Below are positions 26,801-37,712 of a DNA stretch of 64,000 bases, one piece after another. The position numbers were made by a program, and so were the translations under genes. Each line of letters opens with the position of its first letter. The first letter of the stretch is position 1. This stretch comes from Lytechinus pictus. Lineage: Eukaryota. The notes beneath the pieces were generated by a model. It was not told where the DNA came from, made no database searches, and saw nothing but the letters and a program-made list of their open reading frames with translations. The stretch lies in NCBI RefSeq assembly GCF_037042905.1, contig NC_087250.1, positions 20,834,001 to 20,898,000 on the forward strand, in the 5' to 3' direction.

Positions 26801-27574
26801 AAAAAAAGTAAAAAAAAATACATTATATGAACGCAGCAATGATGATCCTACACAAACCAAATTGTCTGTGATTAATGTTCGTCGCTGTTTTAAATCAAAT
26901 TTGTGGTGTTCATTCAGCATAAAGAATAATAAGCGCTTAGAGACATTCTTTGTGATAAGCGCTATATAAATTATGTTAATTATTATTAATAGTTTCGTTC
27001 ACACATGGAATACTAGTCGGAGTAAAACTATATTATGAACGGATTAAGATTCAAAAGATATTAATGTTATCAGGTCCCAGATGAAGGCTATTTCGGTAAA
27101 AGGAAGGGTCGAGGGAGCCTAGTCGGTGGAAAGGTCGGAGTAACTCTGTCCAGACGGGTACGTTTCCTCCGACTATGCTTCCTCCGACCAAATTAGCATA
27201 CGTCTGGGTCGTAATGAAATAAATATCTTTCAAATTATAATCCGTTCAAAGTAGAAATTTCCTCCGCCTGTAGATCCCACGCCTATACACGATAAATGAA
27301 TTAATCTCCGTGATTCGCTTTTGTTGCAGTCTTCAACGAAGAGCCACCACCACCACCACCGGAGCTCCGGAAGCGAATACTAGCCTGGTTCTGCGGTTAC
27401 GGCGAAGACACGGAAGAGGGCCGGCGGTTGGCCCGAGAACAAGAGTTCCACAACCGCAAAGTCGGAACCCTTGAACAGGACCCGAGGGCAAAGAAGTTCC
27501 TGTATTTCTGCATGGTACTCCTATTGGCTATCGTCACATTCATGTACACATTCTTCTCTTTCGATTGGATCTGA
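2723..27574 (+). CDS. SLC5A: SLC5-family sodium/solute symporter (SGLT/SMIT-like); 13 coding exons in window, 5' exons upstream of window
   Basis: Manually spliced GT-AG exons of 105,60,105,106,81,218,136,108,166,169,213,145 and 245 nt (1857 nt, 618 aa + stop) with consistent phases. SSS-family motifs [56 protein letters not shown]. Family is certain; exact orthologue is not. Confidence 0.95.
3290..3560. repeat. unclassified dispersed repeat, diverged copy at ~6590-6860
   Basis: Shared AATGAACAGCCAAGA.GTC.TTGTCGAAA..CTCTGG..AACGAC..TTCGTCAG.TC.GAAAC. Confidence 0.6.
4451..4510 (+). CDS. SLC5A: SLC5 exon ([20 protein letters not shown])
   Basis: ttttacAG / GTAAGG, 60 nt, FVPVY motif. Confidence 0.93.
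4847..5002. mobile_element. palindromic MITE, PIF/Harbinger-group-like
   Basis: GGGCCCGTTTCATAAAGGA...TCCTTTATGAAACGGGCCC, flanked by CAG/CTG. Confidence 0.8.
5568..5672 (+). CDS. SLC5A: SLC5 exon ([35 protein letters not shown])
   Basis: tAG / GTGAGT, 105 nt, PEY..KRFG motif. Confidence 0.94.
5695..6050. repeat. degenerate minisatellite built on CACAGTG(AGGAATA)CAGTGTGTT
   Basis: More than 10 imperfect 25-38 bp units starting ~20 bp after the exon donor. Confidence 0.9.
7147..7252 (+). CDS. SLC5A: SLC5 exon ([35 protein letters not shown])
   Basis: poly-T..aAG / GTAATG, 106 nt. Confidence 0.94.
7301..7775. mobile_element. non-autonomous DNA transposon (CAG..GCGGATC termini) with 5-bp TSD, nested in a palindromic MITE (~7288-7931)
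   Basis: TTGTA-CAGAAGCGGATCTAG...CTGGATCCGCCCCTG-TTGTA; deleted inverted copy at 40415-40686. Confidence 0.85.
8118..9073 (+). mobile_element. non-autonomous AcademH-type DNA transposon with RecQ-like helicase remnant
   Basis: TIRs TAGCCTCTTGTCGAGGCCCTG / CAGGGCCTCGACAAGAGGCTA; 9-bp TSD ATATAATAA (8109-8117, 9074-9082); internal frame ..[23 protein letters not shown]. Confidence 0.85.
8356..8582 (+). pseudogene. N-terminal fragment of SF2/RecQ-like helicase (Q-motif region + Walker A), frameshifted
   Basis: ATG 8356: [46 protein letters not shown]..; 29-bp tandem duplication (8477-8505/8506-8534) shifts the frame just before LPTGYGK. Confidence 0.75.
9451..9531 (+). CDS. SLC5A: SLC5 exon ([27 protein letters not shown])
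   Basis: aAG / GTAAGT, 81 nt, SSS signature. Confidence 0.94.
9652..10315 (+). mobile_element. Helentron-associated (HINE/DINE-like) non-autonomous element
   Basis: Subterminal inverted repeats GTATCGCCTGCAT / ATGCAGGCGAGAC, GGC-rich 5' stretch, ~130-bp internal repeats with AGGTCA, ends CACTTGTT. Confidence 0.65.
10570..10957. mobile_element. MITE pair / compound MITE
   Basis: Outer TIRs CCAGGGTTACACCAAAACCGAATTCTCCCGA / TCGGGAGAATTCGGTTTTGGTGTCACCCTGG; internal tail-to-head junction TACCCTGGC-TTTAA-GGCCGGGTTACACC. Confidence 0.75.
11011..11228 (+). CDS. SLC5A: SLC5 exon ([11 protein letters not shown]...[22 protein letters not shown])
   Basis: catAG / GTAGGC, 218 nt. Confidence 0.93.
11240..11398. 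mobile_element. short palindromic MITE; second copy 17066-17226
   Basis: CGTACGGCGAGTCGAAAACAGCCGTTTTAA shared; inverted arms. Confidence 0.75.
11757..12130 (-). mobile_element. RTE-clade LINE 3' fragment
   Basis: Minus strand encodes [11 protein letters not shown] and ..[12 protein letters not shown]..; (GTAA)n tail. Confidence 0.8.
12185..12320 (+). CDS. SLC5A: SLC5 exon ([45 protein letters not shown])
   Basis: ttAG / GTAAGA, 136 nt. Confidence 0.95.
12335..15473 (+). mobile_element. decayed LINE (CR1/L2-group) ORF2: AP endonuclease + reverse transcriptase, multiple stops and frameshifts
   Basis: TNVRS..AITETW, GDFN, SDH (EN); [29 protein letters not shown] (RT); AATAAA plus (AATG)n tail. 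Confidence 0.93.
15474..15872. repeat. (GAT/GGT)n low-complexity repeat
   Basis: Direct reading. Confidence 0.92.
15929..16036 (+). CDS. SLC5A: SLC5 exon ([36 protein letters not shown])
   Basis: ttacAG / GTAAAC, 108 nt, conserved extracellular cysteines. Confidence 0.94.
16824..16989 (+). CDS. SLC5A: SLC5 exon ([24 protein letters not shown]...REMMIVGR)
   Basis: tgtcAG / GTGAGA, 166 nt, Na-site SS motif. Confidence 0.95.
17066..17226. mobile_element. short palindromic MITE (same family as 11240-11398)
   Basis: Inverted arms CGTACGGCGAGTCGAAAA / TTTTCGACTCGCCGTACG. Confidence 0.75.
17454..18932. mobile_element. nested PIF/Harbinger-group element with TAA TSD
   Basis: TAA-GGGGGGGTATTCTGAAA...TTTCAGAATACCGCCCC-TAA; repeated GTATTCTGAAAA and AGCGCTCAATTA motifs in inverted arrangement. 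Confidence 0.72.
19110..20360. repeat. ~1.25-kb T/C-rich low-complexity tract
   Basis: Direct reading. Confidence 0.92.
21071..21527. repeat. 32-bp minisatellite, ~14 copies (GCACCAACGACCCCTCTCCCACTCCCATGCAC)
   Basis: Near-perfect tandem units. Confidence 0.96.
21984..22186. mobile_element. MITE with GGTTAGGG-like core
   Basis: ACGGT..GACATTTGCTCC.GCGAC / GTCGCCGGGGCAAATG.C..ACCGT imperfect TIRs. Confidence 0.65.
22394..22562 (+). CDS. SLC5A: SLC5 exon ([17 protein letters not shown]...LWPRANEK)
   Basis: aaAG / GTTTGT, 169 nt, WIP and R.NE motifs. Confidence 0.92.
23463..23675 (+). CDS. SLC5A: SLC5 exon ([17 protein letters not shown]...VHYFYF...[11 protein letters not shown])
   Basis: cgcAG / GTAAGG, 213 nt. 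Confidence 0.94.
23901..24287. mobile_element. MITE with repeated GCCGATGCAGAATCGGC motifs; related remnant ~25549-25810
   Basis: TIRs ACCGTGTTAACATGTGATCGGCTT / AAGCCGATCACATGTAAACACGGT. Confidence 0.8.
25195..25339 (+). CDS. SLC5A: SLC5 exon ([20 protein letters not shown]...KNGH), charged loop
   Basis: ttgtAG / GTGAGT, 145 nt, phase-compatible with neighbours. Confidence 0.85.
25945..26820 (+). mobile_element. L1/Tx1-type LINE ORF2 3' fragment with A-rich tail
   Basis: ORF 25967-26722: [54 protein letters not shown] then A-rich tail. Confidence 0.8.
27330..27574 (+). CDS. SLC5A: SLC5 last coding exon (..LAWFCG..TLEQDP..final TM helix, stop TGA)
   Basis: ttgcAG acceptor; WFCG motif and C-terminal hydrophobic helix typical of SGLT/SMIT; TGA 27572-27574. 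Confidence 0.9.
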
Positions 27575-27625
27575 TACCCGTCGCTCTGTATAATCATTAA
27601 AAAATTGACAAGCAAAAAACAAAAA

Positions 27626-27631
27626 AATAAA
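27626..27631 (+). promoter_or_regulatory. candidate polyadenylation signal of SLC5 gene
   Basis: First AATAAA after the stop; A-rich context, so weak. Confidence 0.25.
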
Positions 27632-29079
27632 CGGTCTTCACTTTCAAGGGGGGGGGGGGGGGGGCACGGGCCTGCTGTGCCCCTGTCTATTCATTGAGAC
27701 ATAATTGATTATGCAAATCCTTTACCGTAATTTTTTTGTTATGGGATTTGATGGGGGGGGGGGTGGGCTTCAATATAAGTAGGCGAATTTTTACAGCAAT
27801 TCTTGAATATCTTTCTCTCTTTTTGAAGACTCGGGTGCATCTTCATATGACACAGTCATTTTAGTCCACACCGCTTGGAATGTTTGAGGTATTTCATTGA
27901 AATGTTCTGGACAAAATGATGTTGTACTATGCTGCATTTTTGCTTTGCTGCATTTCGTTTTCATTTAAAATATATATGTATAATGTTGTGGATATGCATG
28001 GGCTTTAATGTGGTTTTTCTAGGGGTAGCCATATGTCATTATAACTAATAAATACACACTTGTACCTACCATGATGACCCATACGTTTACAAAGAGCGTG
28101 GTCGAATCTCTGTGATAGTCTTTCCTTCTTTCTTTTTTTCTTTCTTTCTTTCTTTCTTTTTTTTTCTTTATTTCTTTCTTTCTTTCTTTCCTTTTAATTC
28201 AAGAAAAAAAAATCGTCATTTTTTTATAAAATGAACAAACAAATAACGAATCAAATTATGTTATAAAACTCTTTGCAAATATTCTTTTTATATGTTTTCT
28301 ACATAACATACAATATTTTATATAAAATGGAAGAAAACTAGTGCTGCTTACTTCATCTCTGTGATAGTAAATGTTTTTGACCGAATATTAAAAAAATATA
28401 TATGTATTATGCTTACAATATAAGCATAATACAAACATTTCTTTAAAGCATATTATCCTTTTTCATATCTTCCCCACCCCTCTCTTTTATTCACCCGCTT
28501 GCTTTCCCCCTTTCTCTCTCATCTTTTGCAATACCTTTTTTCAATACTTTTTTTGGCAAACAAACAAAAAAATAAAAAAAAGGCTAATTTTGTTGTTTGT
28601 TCTGTGTGCTCTATTAGTATGGATTAATTTACAATAAAAATTATTGTCCCATCTTTGTCTGCTGGACTGATTTCTATATTTCATCTAAAACAACGGTCTA
28701 TATTGTGCAGTGATGTAATCATGCCGCTATCTTAGATGCTCAATCCGTTGCCTATAGTGGTGGTCTGTTGCAGCTGGCGCATCTCTGGCAACTCACTTTA
28801 TGCGTATTCCTACGTCCTCTGAGGGAGGGCGCTATGGAATTATGACGTCATAATGCATAAGGTCTATTTGGGTTTGATTTACATTTGAAAGCAAAGAATC
28901 CAAAAAGATTTTGGTGAAGAGCCACGTTAACACAGTACTCTGAATATACTTCCTATTAAAGTGAACTGTTTTGATTTTGAAATGTGCAGTTGTAGGCCTA
29001 CTTTTTTCCCTTTTCTTACTGAACCAAGGAATGTTTGATGATGTAAGTTATTGGGTTTGTGTGTAACTGTGTGTGTGTA

Positions 29080-29806
29080 TATAAACCCCTCAAAAAGTTT
29101 GGATTTTGATCGATAATCTTTCCTCGGTTTTGGTGAATATTAATGTGTCATTGATACCAATGAATATATTATTTAATTTTCTTTAAAATGATACCGTACA
29201 TGATATGATTATGGTTCACATGGAGGTGCAGTGCCTTGAAATGTGGGGCAATGTCAAAATTCAAAAGTTGCAAAATGACAGAATATTAAAAGTAATTGTT
29301 CTTTTTTCCATGGTGATGAGTGAGTTTCTGAGCGATTTATTTTGTTTTCATGCACCTTAACATCAACATTAATATGGAATCAAACACACCTCTGCACAAG
29401 CAAACACATAACAAACAAACATGCTTGGGTAATTCAAACCACGACTCTAACCATGTTATTTCACAGAACCATCGCGACATAAACCACAGCAAAACATGAA
29501 AAATGAAGAAGCAGGGCCTTGATTTGAATGGATTTTCATCTCTATTGACACAGACAAAAGAATCATGTTCTGTATTGACCCTTCATGACTATTTCTGCTC
29601 GTTTTGCAGCTTTTTCAATTCAGACATCATCCAACACTTTTGTATCCTGCTATTTTCGTGATGGCATGATCATAACAAGCATGGTATCATTTAAAGAAAA
29701 TTAAATGATCTTTTGAATGATATCATATATGCATTGTGTAAAATTGGGAGTTGGGAGAAATTAATGGCTAAACTCAGATTTCCAAACTTTTTTTGAGGGG
29801 CTTATA
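29080..29806. mobile_element. TA-flanked (Tc1/mariner-like) MITE; right end tandemly duplicated to ~30012
   Basis: CCCCTCAAAAAGTTTGGA / TCCAAACTTTTTTTGAGGGG TIRs; 29726-29862 repeated at 29871-30012. Confidence 0.7.
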
Positions 29807-31618
29807 TATTTATTTAATGTATGTATTTTATTTTAATTCATTTTTTTATTATATTTATTTATATATTTGTATATGCATTGTGTAAAATTGGGAGTTGGGG
29901 GGAAATTACTGGCTAAACTCAGATTTCCAAACTTTTTTTGAGGGGCTTATATATTTATTTATTTAAAGTATGTATTTTATTATAATTCTTTTTGTTTATT
30001 ATATTTATTTATCCATTTTTATTTTTTTTTTTTTTTTAGGGGGGGGGGGGGAATTTCCAAAATTCAAAATTTCGTTAAAATATCCCCCTTATGACAGGTG
30101 AGGAGAAGGGGAGGTGTTTAAAAAAAATCCGGAAGTAGTTTCGGGCTCTGAGAAAATGGCTATTTGTTTTGTTTCTTTTAGCTGTTCTCAAACTTTCTCT
30201 GGGCTTCTTTGATTTTAATTAATTTTTACACAAGGTAACGTGTTCCAAGGGATCCACTTTCCTTCAATCAATTATTAAAAGGGCTAGATCGATTATATTT
30301 CACTTAAAAATGATTTTAAAGGTTTAACTCTTCACCGAAACTTTTATTCTACGGTCTACTTAAATTGTATCTTTAATCATTGAATAAAACAAAACAAAAT
30401 AAAAAATGGTGGGAAATTAACTGTTCAATAAACAGAATGTAAGAATATTACGGCCCCTACAAAATATAATATAGTAATATGAAAATCAAAAGCCATCATG
30501 CACAATCTCTCTTGATATTTTTTTTTGCTTTTGGATCAAAAGACCTTAATTCGGTAGTGAAAACTTTTTTTCTGAGGGGGGGGGGGGTGTTAAAATTTTC
30601 CTGTACAAAGTGCCTCTCCCCCTTTAGAAAATCCTGAATCCGCCCCTGATGCAACACTGGCTAGATACTGTAACTGCTTCCAAATATTGAAATAAGTTAC
30701 CTCTTTTACTCAGACATTCATCATCTCTCTTTTAATCCTCAAATGTGATTTTTTTTCTCCATTTTTTCCTATTTTTAGGCCTATAAACGTTCTACTTTTC
30801 TATAAAATTTTGGAAAAAACAAAACCATTGTTCGGTAGGGCAAACATTGTAGGACCCCCATTCCACAGAGAGCAAGCTCATTTTTTAAAAGTCTTCCCAA
30901 GATATTTTGACAGTCTCCCCCCTCCAAAAAAAAAAAAAATTAAAATAATACTAAATAAATAAAATAAAAATAAAAATAAATAAATGAATAAATAATAAAA
31001 TAAAGAATTTCAGACATCTTTCGGGGATTTTCGGAACAATTCCGCGGGGCGACAAATGTTTGTGGCAAGGGAGACTGCTGAAAATTATTTGACAATATAC
31101 GAATACACGGGTTTTGAGTGCTCTTACAAGGGTATCTCTCATTATTGTTAACATAGTAGCAAGTGGGATATAATGATTAATAATGGGAGGATCACATTAG
31201 AAAATGTAATATTAGTCATTGAGTGTCGCAATCTCAACAAGGCATTTGGTGCTATTATTCACCTAATCAGGGCAGAAATTCACCTGAAAACAAAGACTAT
31301 CATGTGAAGAGCGCCAGTGGATAGTACAAGCAATCATAAAATAAACAAACATTACTTTTCTCTATTTTCAAACCCTACTCATATTTCATTTTCATTCCAT
31401 ATACACATTTATGTTCTTCCATTTCTGTTTTGTAAACATGATTTCATACAAAATCAGCATGTCTAAAGAATATGATTAATATAAAAAGTTATGTTTATAG
31501 AAGGCGCAATTCCCCCAAAGCAATTGCTTGTGGTACAGAAACATCTATACAATACAAAGATATAATGGCTACAAAAGAGTAGAGAGAAGGAGGGAGAAAA
31601 ACGAGAGAGGGAGACCAG

Positions 31619-31792
31619 GGGGCCGTTTCATGAAGCTGTTCGTAAGTTAAGAGCGACTTTAATAACGACTGGTGATCCTTTCTTACGCGCTAAACCATCG
31701 CCGATTTAATATACCACTTACCGCAAGAAGGGATCACCAGTCGTTCTTAAAGTCGCTCTTAACTTACGAACAGCTTTATGAAACACCCACCT
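31619..31792. mobile_element. palindromic MITE; copy at 59606-59773, relative at ~53785-53930
   Basis: GTTTCATGAAGCTGTTCGTAAGTTAAGAGCGACTTTAA..GACTGGTGATCC and its inverse. Confidence 0.85.
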
Positions 31793-32107
31793 GAACGGGA
31801 AGGTGGACATGAATCACTGAGCAAAATGAAGTGTACTGTACAACATAATTACGTATTATGAGGTACTAGCGCTACGAGTACTTGCCCAAAGGCTTTAGAA
31901 TTCGTAATTCGTAATCTCAAAAGTCAAATACCAATTACTTTCTTATTGTTTGTCGAATCGTTCTTAAACTTTCACTACTTTTATGTTTTTTCACACAAGC
32001 TAACCTATTCCAAGTGATCCGCTATCCTTTAAGACCACCGAGGTTGAAATCAATTGAAAGAATACTAATATAACCATTTTGAAAGATTGCAAGCTTTTAG
32101 TTTTGAG

Positions 32108-32358
32108 TAAAGGCCAGATTAGTTTCAAATCGTGGTCAATCGTACGACTGCTATGACGTCATTACGACTAGATATTGAATTCGCTTTTATTCTAAGGAGG
32201 ATGATAGCATAGTCACAGATTTGAACATAGGTATTCGTACGATGATTTAGAACATTACACAGTAAGATATTCCAAGTCTCAATATTAGCATCAAATTCTA
32301 CTACATTTTATTCTAAAATCGAGTCGCCGACCAGTCGTAAGGTGTGCGGTCGCCTTTA
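32108..32358. mobile_element. MITE (inverted copy of 1321-1555)
   Basis: TAAAGGC...GCCTTTA ends, shared core. Confidence 0.65.
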
Positions 32359-32789
32359 GAGACTATTTATACAGTATGATGCGTCTCTAAGGACTGTTTA
32401 TTATTCTGTTATTATTATTAATCGAATAACCGGATAAAGTGAATCGATTAGAATTTAGAGACAAATACGTATTGTAATGATTTTCTTTTCTTTCTTTCTT
32501 TCCTAACCTCTCTTTACCAGACTTTTTGTTTTCTGTTCGATATAAACTTGATTCATAAATTACGATTATAATGAGTGAAATATAAAAATTAGAAAAAGCA
32601 GTGTAAACACAAACTATCATGAATCCAAATGAAAGGGAAAAAATGTTACAACCACTACAGAAAATGAATATATATGTAACAATTCTTACATACGACAATA
32701 CGTGTCAACCGGAGAGCATCCGGAATCACAAAAATAAATATTTTGGCAGTGAACCTCTTTTGTTGAGTTCACCAAAGTCCCCTCAGGAA

Positions 32790-33393
32790 AAACAAGTCCA
32801 CCCCAACAAGAAGTTGATAAAGAGAAAAATCCAAGAAGCATAACGCTGAGAATTTCATCAAAATCAGATGTAAAATAAGAAACTTATGACACTTTTAAAT
32901 TTCGCTTAATTTCACAAAACAGTTATATGCACATCCTGGTCGGTATGCAAATGAAGGAAACTGATGACATCACACACTCGCTATTTCTTTTGTAATGTAT
33001 TATATGGAATATGAAATATGCTACTTTTCTCCCCATTGTCCTGTGGAACAAAGTTTCATCTCTCCCTGAACATGAGGAATTGCCTTTGTTTAACATTTTA
33101 CGGCCCAGTCAAGTTGGTCCTTATTGTCAAATCTGTAAAAATGAAATTTTGTGTAATTCAAACAACAAAAAACAAAGGAATTAGTGAGTGAGGGACATCA
33201 TCAACAGATCGATTCTCTCAGTTGCATGTGACTAAATTGTGCATATAACTCATTTAAGAAGAATAAGCGAAATTTAAAGTGTCATAACTTTCTTATTTTA
33301 CATCCAATTGTGATAAAATTTTCAGCATTATACTTGTCTGATTTATCTCTATTGATTCAAATCAACATTTTTTTCCTGAGGTGGACTTGACCG
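32790..33393. mobile_element. Kolobok/T2-type MITE, decayed ends (family of 35644-36240)
   Basis: CAAGTCCACC...GGTGGACTTG; colinear with 35644-36240. Confidence 0.8.
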
Positions 33394-33731
33394 TTGCGAT
33401 AGGTTGCAACATAATTATATTGGGATCAAATGATCGTAAGCGTTAACGCTCGCACGAGCAATTGTGTAAGCCACTTTATCCAGGCATATAATTCATTGAG
33501 ACACTGCTATACATCACAACATATCAACGAAAAGTAAACTAATTCATAAAGCTTCAAATTTTTAATGAAAACAAATAATGCACAGGTGCACGGTAGCATA
33601 TGGTGGCGCCCTGTGATTCCCTCAGTTTCTTGGGAAAATGAAAAGTGATTCGCGTTAAAAAAATAGATAATTGCGAATATTTCCAATCTTATTTGATCAC
33701 AAAATATTAAATACATGACGAAATATATTTC

Positions 33732-33972
33732 GAGCCGTGGTGTAGTGGTTCTAACGCCCGCCTTGTAGTCAGAGGGTCGTGTGTTCGAATCCACACTTTG
33801 CCACTCTCGACCCAGGTGCTAAATGGGTACCCGGCAGGATGCAAAAAATATTGTATGTTTGAATTGGCTAGCGTCATTATGAGGATGCAATGAATGCAAG
33901 GAATGCTCCCCAGGGAGTGGAGATCGTGCACTTTTCGCGCGGGATTGAAATGAATCCAGTGACCGGAGTAAT
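33732..33972 (+). mobile_element. tRNA-derived SINE followed by (ATA)n
   Basis: A box TGGTGTAGTGG, B box GTTCGAATCC, core ACCCAGGTGCTAAATGGGTAC; same family at 55095-55370 (-). Confidence 0.85.
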
Positions 33973-33974
33973 TT

Positions 33975-34185
33975 ATGATAATAATGATAAGAATAAATAA
34001 TAATAATAGTAATAATTATTATTATTACTATAATGATGATAATAACAATAGTAATGATAATTAAAAAAATGATAATAATAACAATAATAATAATGAGAAT
34101 AATAATAATAATAATGATAATAATAATAATGATAATAATAATAATCATAATAATAATACAATGATATTGATAATAATAATGATTA
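33975..34185. repeat. (ATA)n microsatellite; similar tracts at ~16570-16700, ~36480-36710, ~46820-46950, ~58240-58425
   Basis: Direct reading. Confidence 0.92.
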
Positions 34186-34336
34186 GTAAGGGGTATTAAT
34201 AGAGCACACAAATCCACATTGTTAGATGCTCAAGGCGCTCCTATATTACCCCGGTTAAGCTATAGTCTACTGACTCCGGTGTTCAAAGCCATTTAAGAAA
34301 AGGTACTTTCTATCGTGATACCCATTTACCCCTCCT

Positions 34337-35082
34337 CAAGACAAGATAGAACGGGTTCAGCGTAGGGCACACTGCAAAAATTCTGGTGTTGATTTAACAC
34401 CAGCCCGGAATCTATATATATCCACACCAGAGAAGCGTTAAACAACACGAGTTTCCTTTTGATGTAACACCAGATAGTTATTTATACAACACCTATAAGT
34501 ATCAAAACAGCATCGGTTTGATTCCAAACTGGTGTTGTTTCAATACTTCTCTGGTGTGGACATATATAGGTTTTGGGCTGGTGTTAAATCAACACCAGAG
34601 TTTTTCCAACTAGCTCGATTCACAATGAGGGATTACAGCATATTCTATCGTCACCAAGATGCTACAAGCACTATAGCGTGATATACACTAAAAGTCCGCA
34701 GAAGTAAGGCTATAGACTGACAACCTTGTATAAAGAGAGACATGGATTGTTACCCTTCGACATATCAGCCCACCTTCAATCTCAAAACCCAACCAGTTGT
34801 AGATATCAAACCAGACAAAAGGGAACACTCAAATACAACGCAATAAGATCAAATAAAGACTGCTACCGACACTCCCTGTATCCCAAGACCATCCCAGAAT
34901 GGAACTTTCTAAGTGAGGATGTTAGAAACTCCAAATACATAGGCGCACTCAACATGAAGCTAGAAAGTATAGATGTCACCATCTCTAAAGTACATTATCA
35001 ATAGCGCTTGACCCTTGAACCCTAACGTACGCGACAACCAGATGAAGGCGATTGTCCGTCTTGGTCAAAATACAGATACAGA
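34337..35082 (+). mobile_element. LINE 3' fragment interrupted by a CACTG-type MITE (~34369-34611)
   Basis: DKIERVQRR..ARF split by the MITE (CTGGTGTTGATTTAACACCAGCCC inverted arms); YRHSLYPKTIPEWN; ATACAG-repeat tail. Confidence 0.75.
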
Positions 35083-35643
35083 TTGAGGTGAGTCGGACCA
35101 TGGAGCTACTAGGTCCATGGTCGGAGGTGGGCATGAATTGCTGAGCAAAAATGAAGTGTTCAACATAATTATGTATGCTGATTTAGCGAAAGAGGACTTG
35201 CCAAAGGCTTTAGAATTCGTGATTTCGACATTCAAATGCTAATACATTTAATTGTTTGTCGATCGATCTCAAAGTTTCTCCTTTAATCGATTATTTTAAT
35301 GGAATGAATCGATTGTGTGCGATTACAATTTTCTTAACAATTTTTGGGGTTGTTCCTAAAATATCTCTCCATTTTTTCTTTAGTGAAAGATTAATACTTT
35401 AAATATATCAAATAATAAAAACAAACTTTGTTAAAAAATTGAAATACCACGAAAAGACTAAAATGTTTCTCTCACTATAGAAATAATTTAATAATAATAT
35501 AATATATTTTAAAAATATAGGTTGCTGACGTAACAACAATCGAAATGACGAATTTTTCGTCTAAATTTTGTCCATGAATTCATTATGCTGAATTCATCAA
35601 ATCAGTTGCAGGTTGTCCTTCCATTTCCTTTAACTTAGTTGCT

Positions 35644-36240
35644 TTAAAGGACAAGTCCACCCCAACAAAAAGTTGATTTGAATAAAAAGAGAAAAATCCT
35701 ACAAGCATAACACTGAAAATTTCATCAAAATCGGATCTAAAATAAGAAAGTTATGACATCTTAAAGTTTCGTTTTATTTCACAAAACAGTTATATGCACA
35801 TCCTGGCTGGTATGCAAATGAATAGACTATGATGTCATCCACTCACTATTTCTTTTGTATTTTATTATATGAAATATGAAATATTCTAATTTTCTCCTCA
35901 TTGTTAAGTAATACAACAATTAATTCCTCCCTGAACATGTGGAATTAGCATTGTTTAATACTATATGGTTAAGTCAAGTTGGTCCTTATTGTCAAATCTA
36001 TAAAAAAATGAAATATTGTATAATTCAAACAATAAAAAAACAAAAGAAATAGTGATGGACATCATCGACTCACTCACCTAGTTGTGCATATCACTGTTTT
36101 GTGAAAAATCAGCGAAACTTTAAGATGTCATAACTTTCTTATTTTACATCCGATTTTGATGAAATTTTCAGCATTATGCTAGTTTGATTTTTCTCTATTT
36201 ATTCAAATCAGCATTTTCCTAGGGTGGTCTTGACCTTTAA
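35644..36240. mobile_element. Kolobok/T2-type MITE
   Basis: TTAA-AGGACAAGTCCACCC...GGGTGGTCTTGACCT-TTAA with long inverted arms. Confidence 0.88.
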
Positions 36241-37154
36241 CAATTCCCATCTACATCAAACAGCTGAGAGGGGGTATAAGCATTTAAAAGTACTAATTTG
36301 AAAGTCGTGAGAAATATATGCTCAGAAAACATTTTGGCAGCGAATGTGGGTGTGTGCGCGCGTATTTTTTTCATATTTGTCCCGATCGGGGGGGGGGGGG
36401 GTGGGTGGGGCCATGGGGGAGTCAGTGAATCAAATTCACAGATGCTATTATAACAATAATTACAATAATGAAATGATATGAGAGTGATGATTATTATAAA
36501 TACGATGACATTTACTAACAACAGCAAGAATACTGATTATAATGATATAATAATGATGATAATAATGATAGTAATGATGATAATAATAATAATCATTATT
36601 AGGATGATAATGATAATGAAAATAATAATGATGGCGATAATAATTATAATAATAATAATAATTATAACGATATTCTTAATGGTAATAATAATAGCAATAA
36701 TAAAAATAGATATGATGCGATTTATAATTTCACTTACACTTAGAACTCCTTAATTAGATCCGCCATAATGAAAATCTTTATGTAATTTAATCTACTATGT
36801 ATCGAATGATTTTTTTTATGTACTCTTTGTAAAATATCTTTGTATGTTCTCATATTTTGTAAACATGTATATTTCAGCCACTGGCTGCCAAACATGTATA
36901 TATTGCCAATAAAACATTACTATACTATACTACACTATATACTATAATGATAGTAGTAATTAAAATGACAACACCAATAACCATAACAATAATTAATATA
37001 GGGTATTAATAGAGCGCACAAATAGGATAAAACAAACATTTCAAAATTTATGCTCTCAGCTCTGTCACCATTGGGGCGTTGTGGCCCATTTAGTTGATTG
37101 GTCTTCGGACTTTAAAAACATATGAGTCGTATAGGTTCGAATCCAAGCAGTGAC

Positions 37155-37712
37155 TTAAAGGGATTGTCCAGATGAAAATCTGATCAAAATCGGATAACAA
37201 ATAACGAGTTATTGAATTTTTAAAAATCGCATTATTCTGGTGAAACAGTTCTAGGCATGTCCTCATGAATATTCATTAGGTGGGCTGATGATGTCACATC
37301 CATAATTTCCTTTGTCCTATGTTATTACATGAAATCATAATTGTTTAAATTTGTTCATACATTTGTAAATGATATGTCTCTATTATGATGAAATAGGTTG
37401 CAGCAATAAATAACTAATTCACTTAATTACTTGTCAATCCAATTATGTTAGTTCTTGGTAGAAAAAAATAATAAACGTAAGCCCATAGAATAAAATGCAT
37501 AAGAACAAGTTGGGATATGACATCATCAGCTCACCTAATGAATAGTCATGGTGACATGCCCAGAACTGTTTCACCGAAAAAGTGCGAATCTTTAAAATTT
37601 AATAACTTCGTTATTTGTTATCCGATTTTGATCAAATTTTCAGCATTTTGCTCTATGAATTTTACTCTATGTAATGCGATATAGATATCTTCAGTCCGGA
37701 TTATCCCTTTAA
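37155..37712. mobile_element. Kolobok/T2-type MITE next to a truncated SINE head (37075-37150)
   Basis: TTAA-AGGGATTGTCC...GGATTATCCCT-TTAA. Confidence 0.82.
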
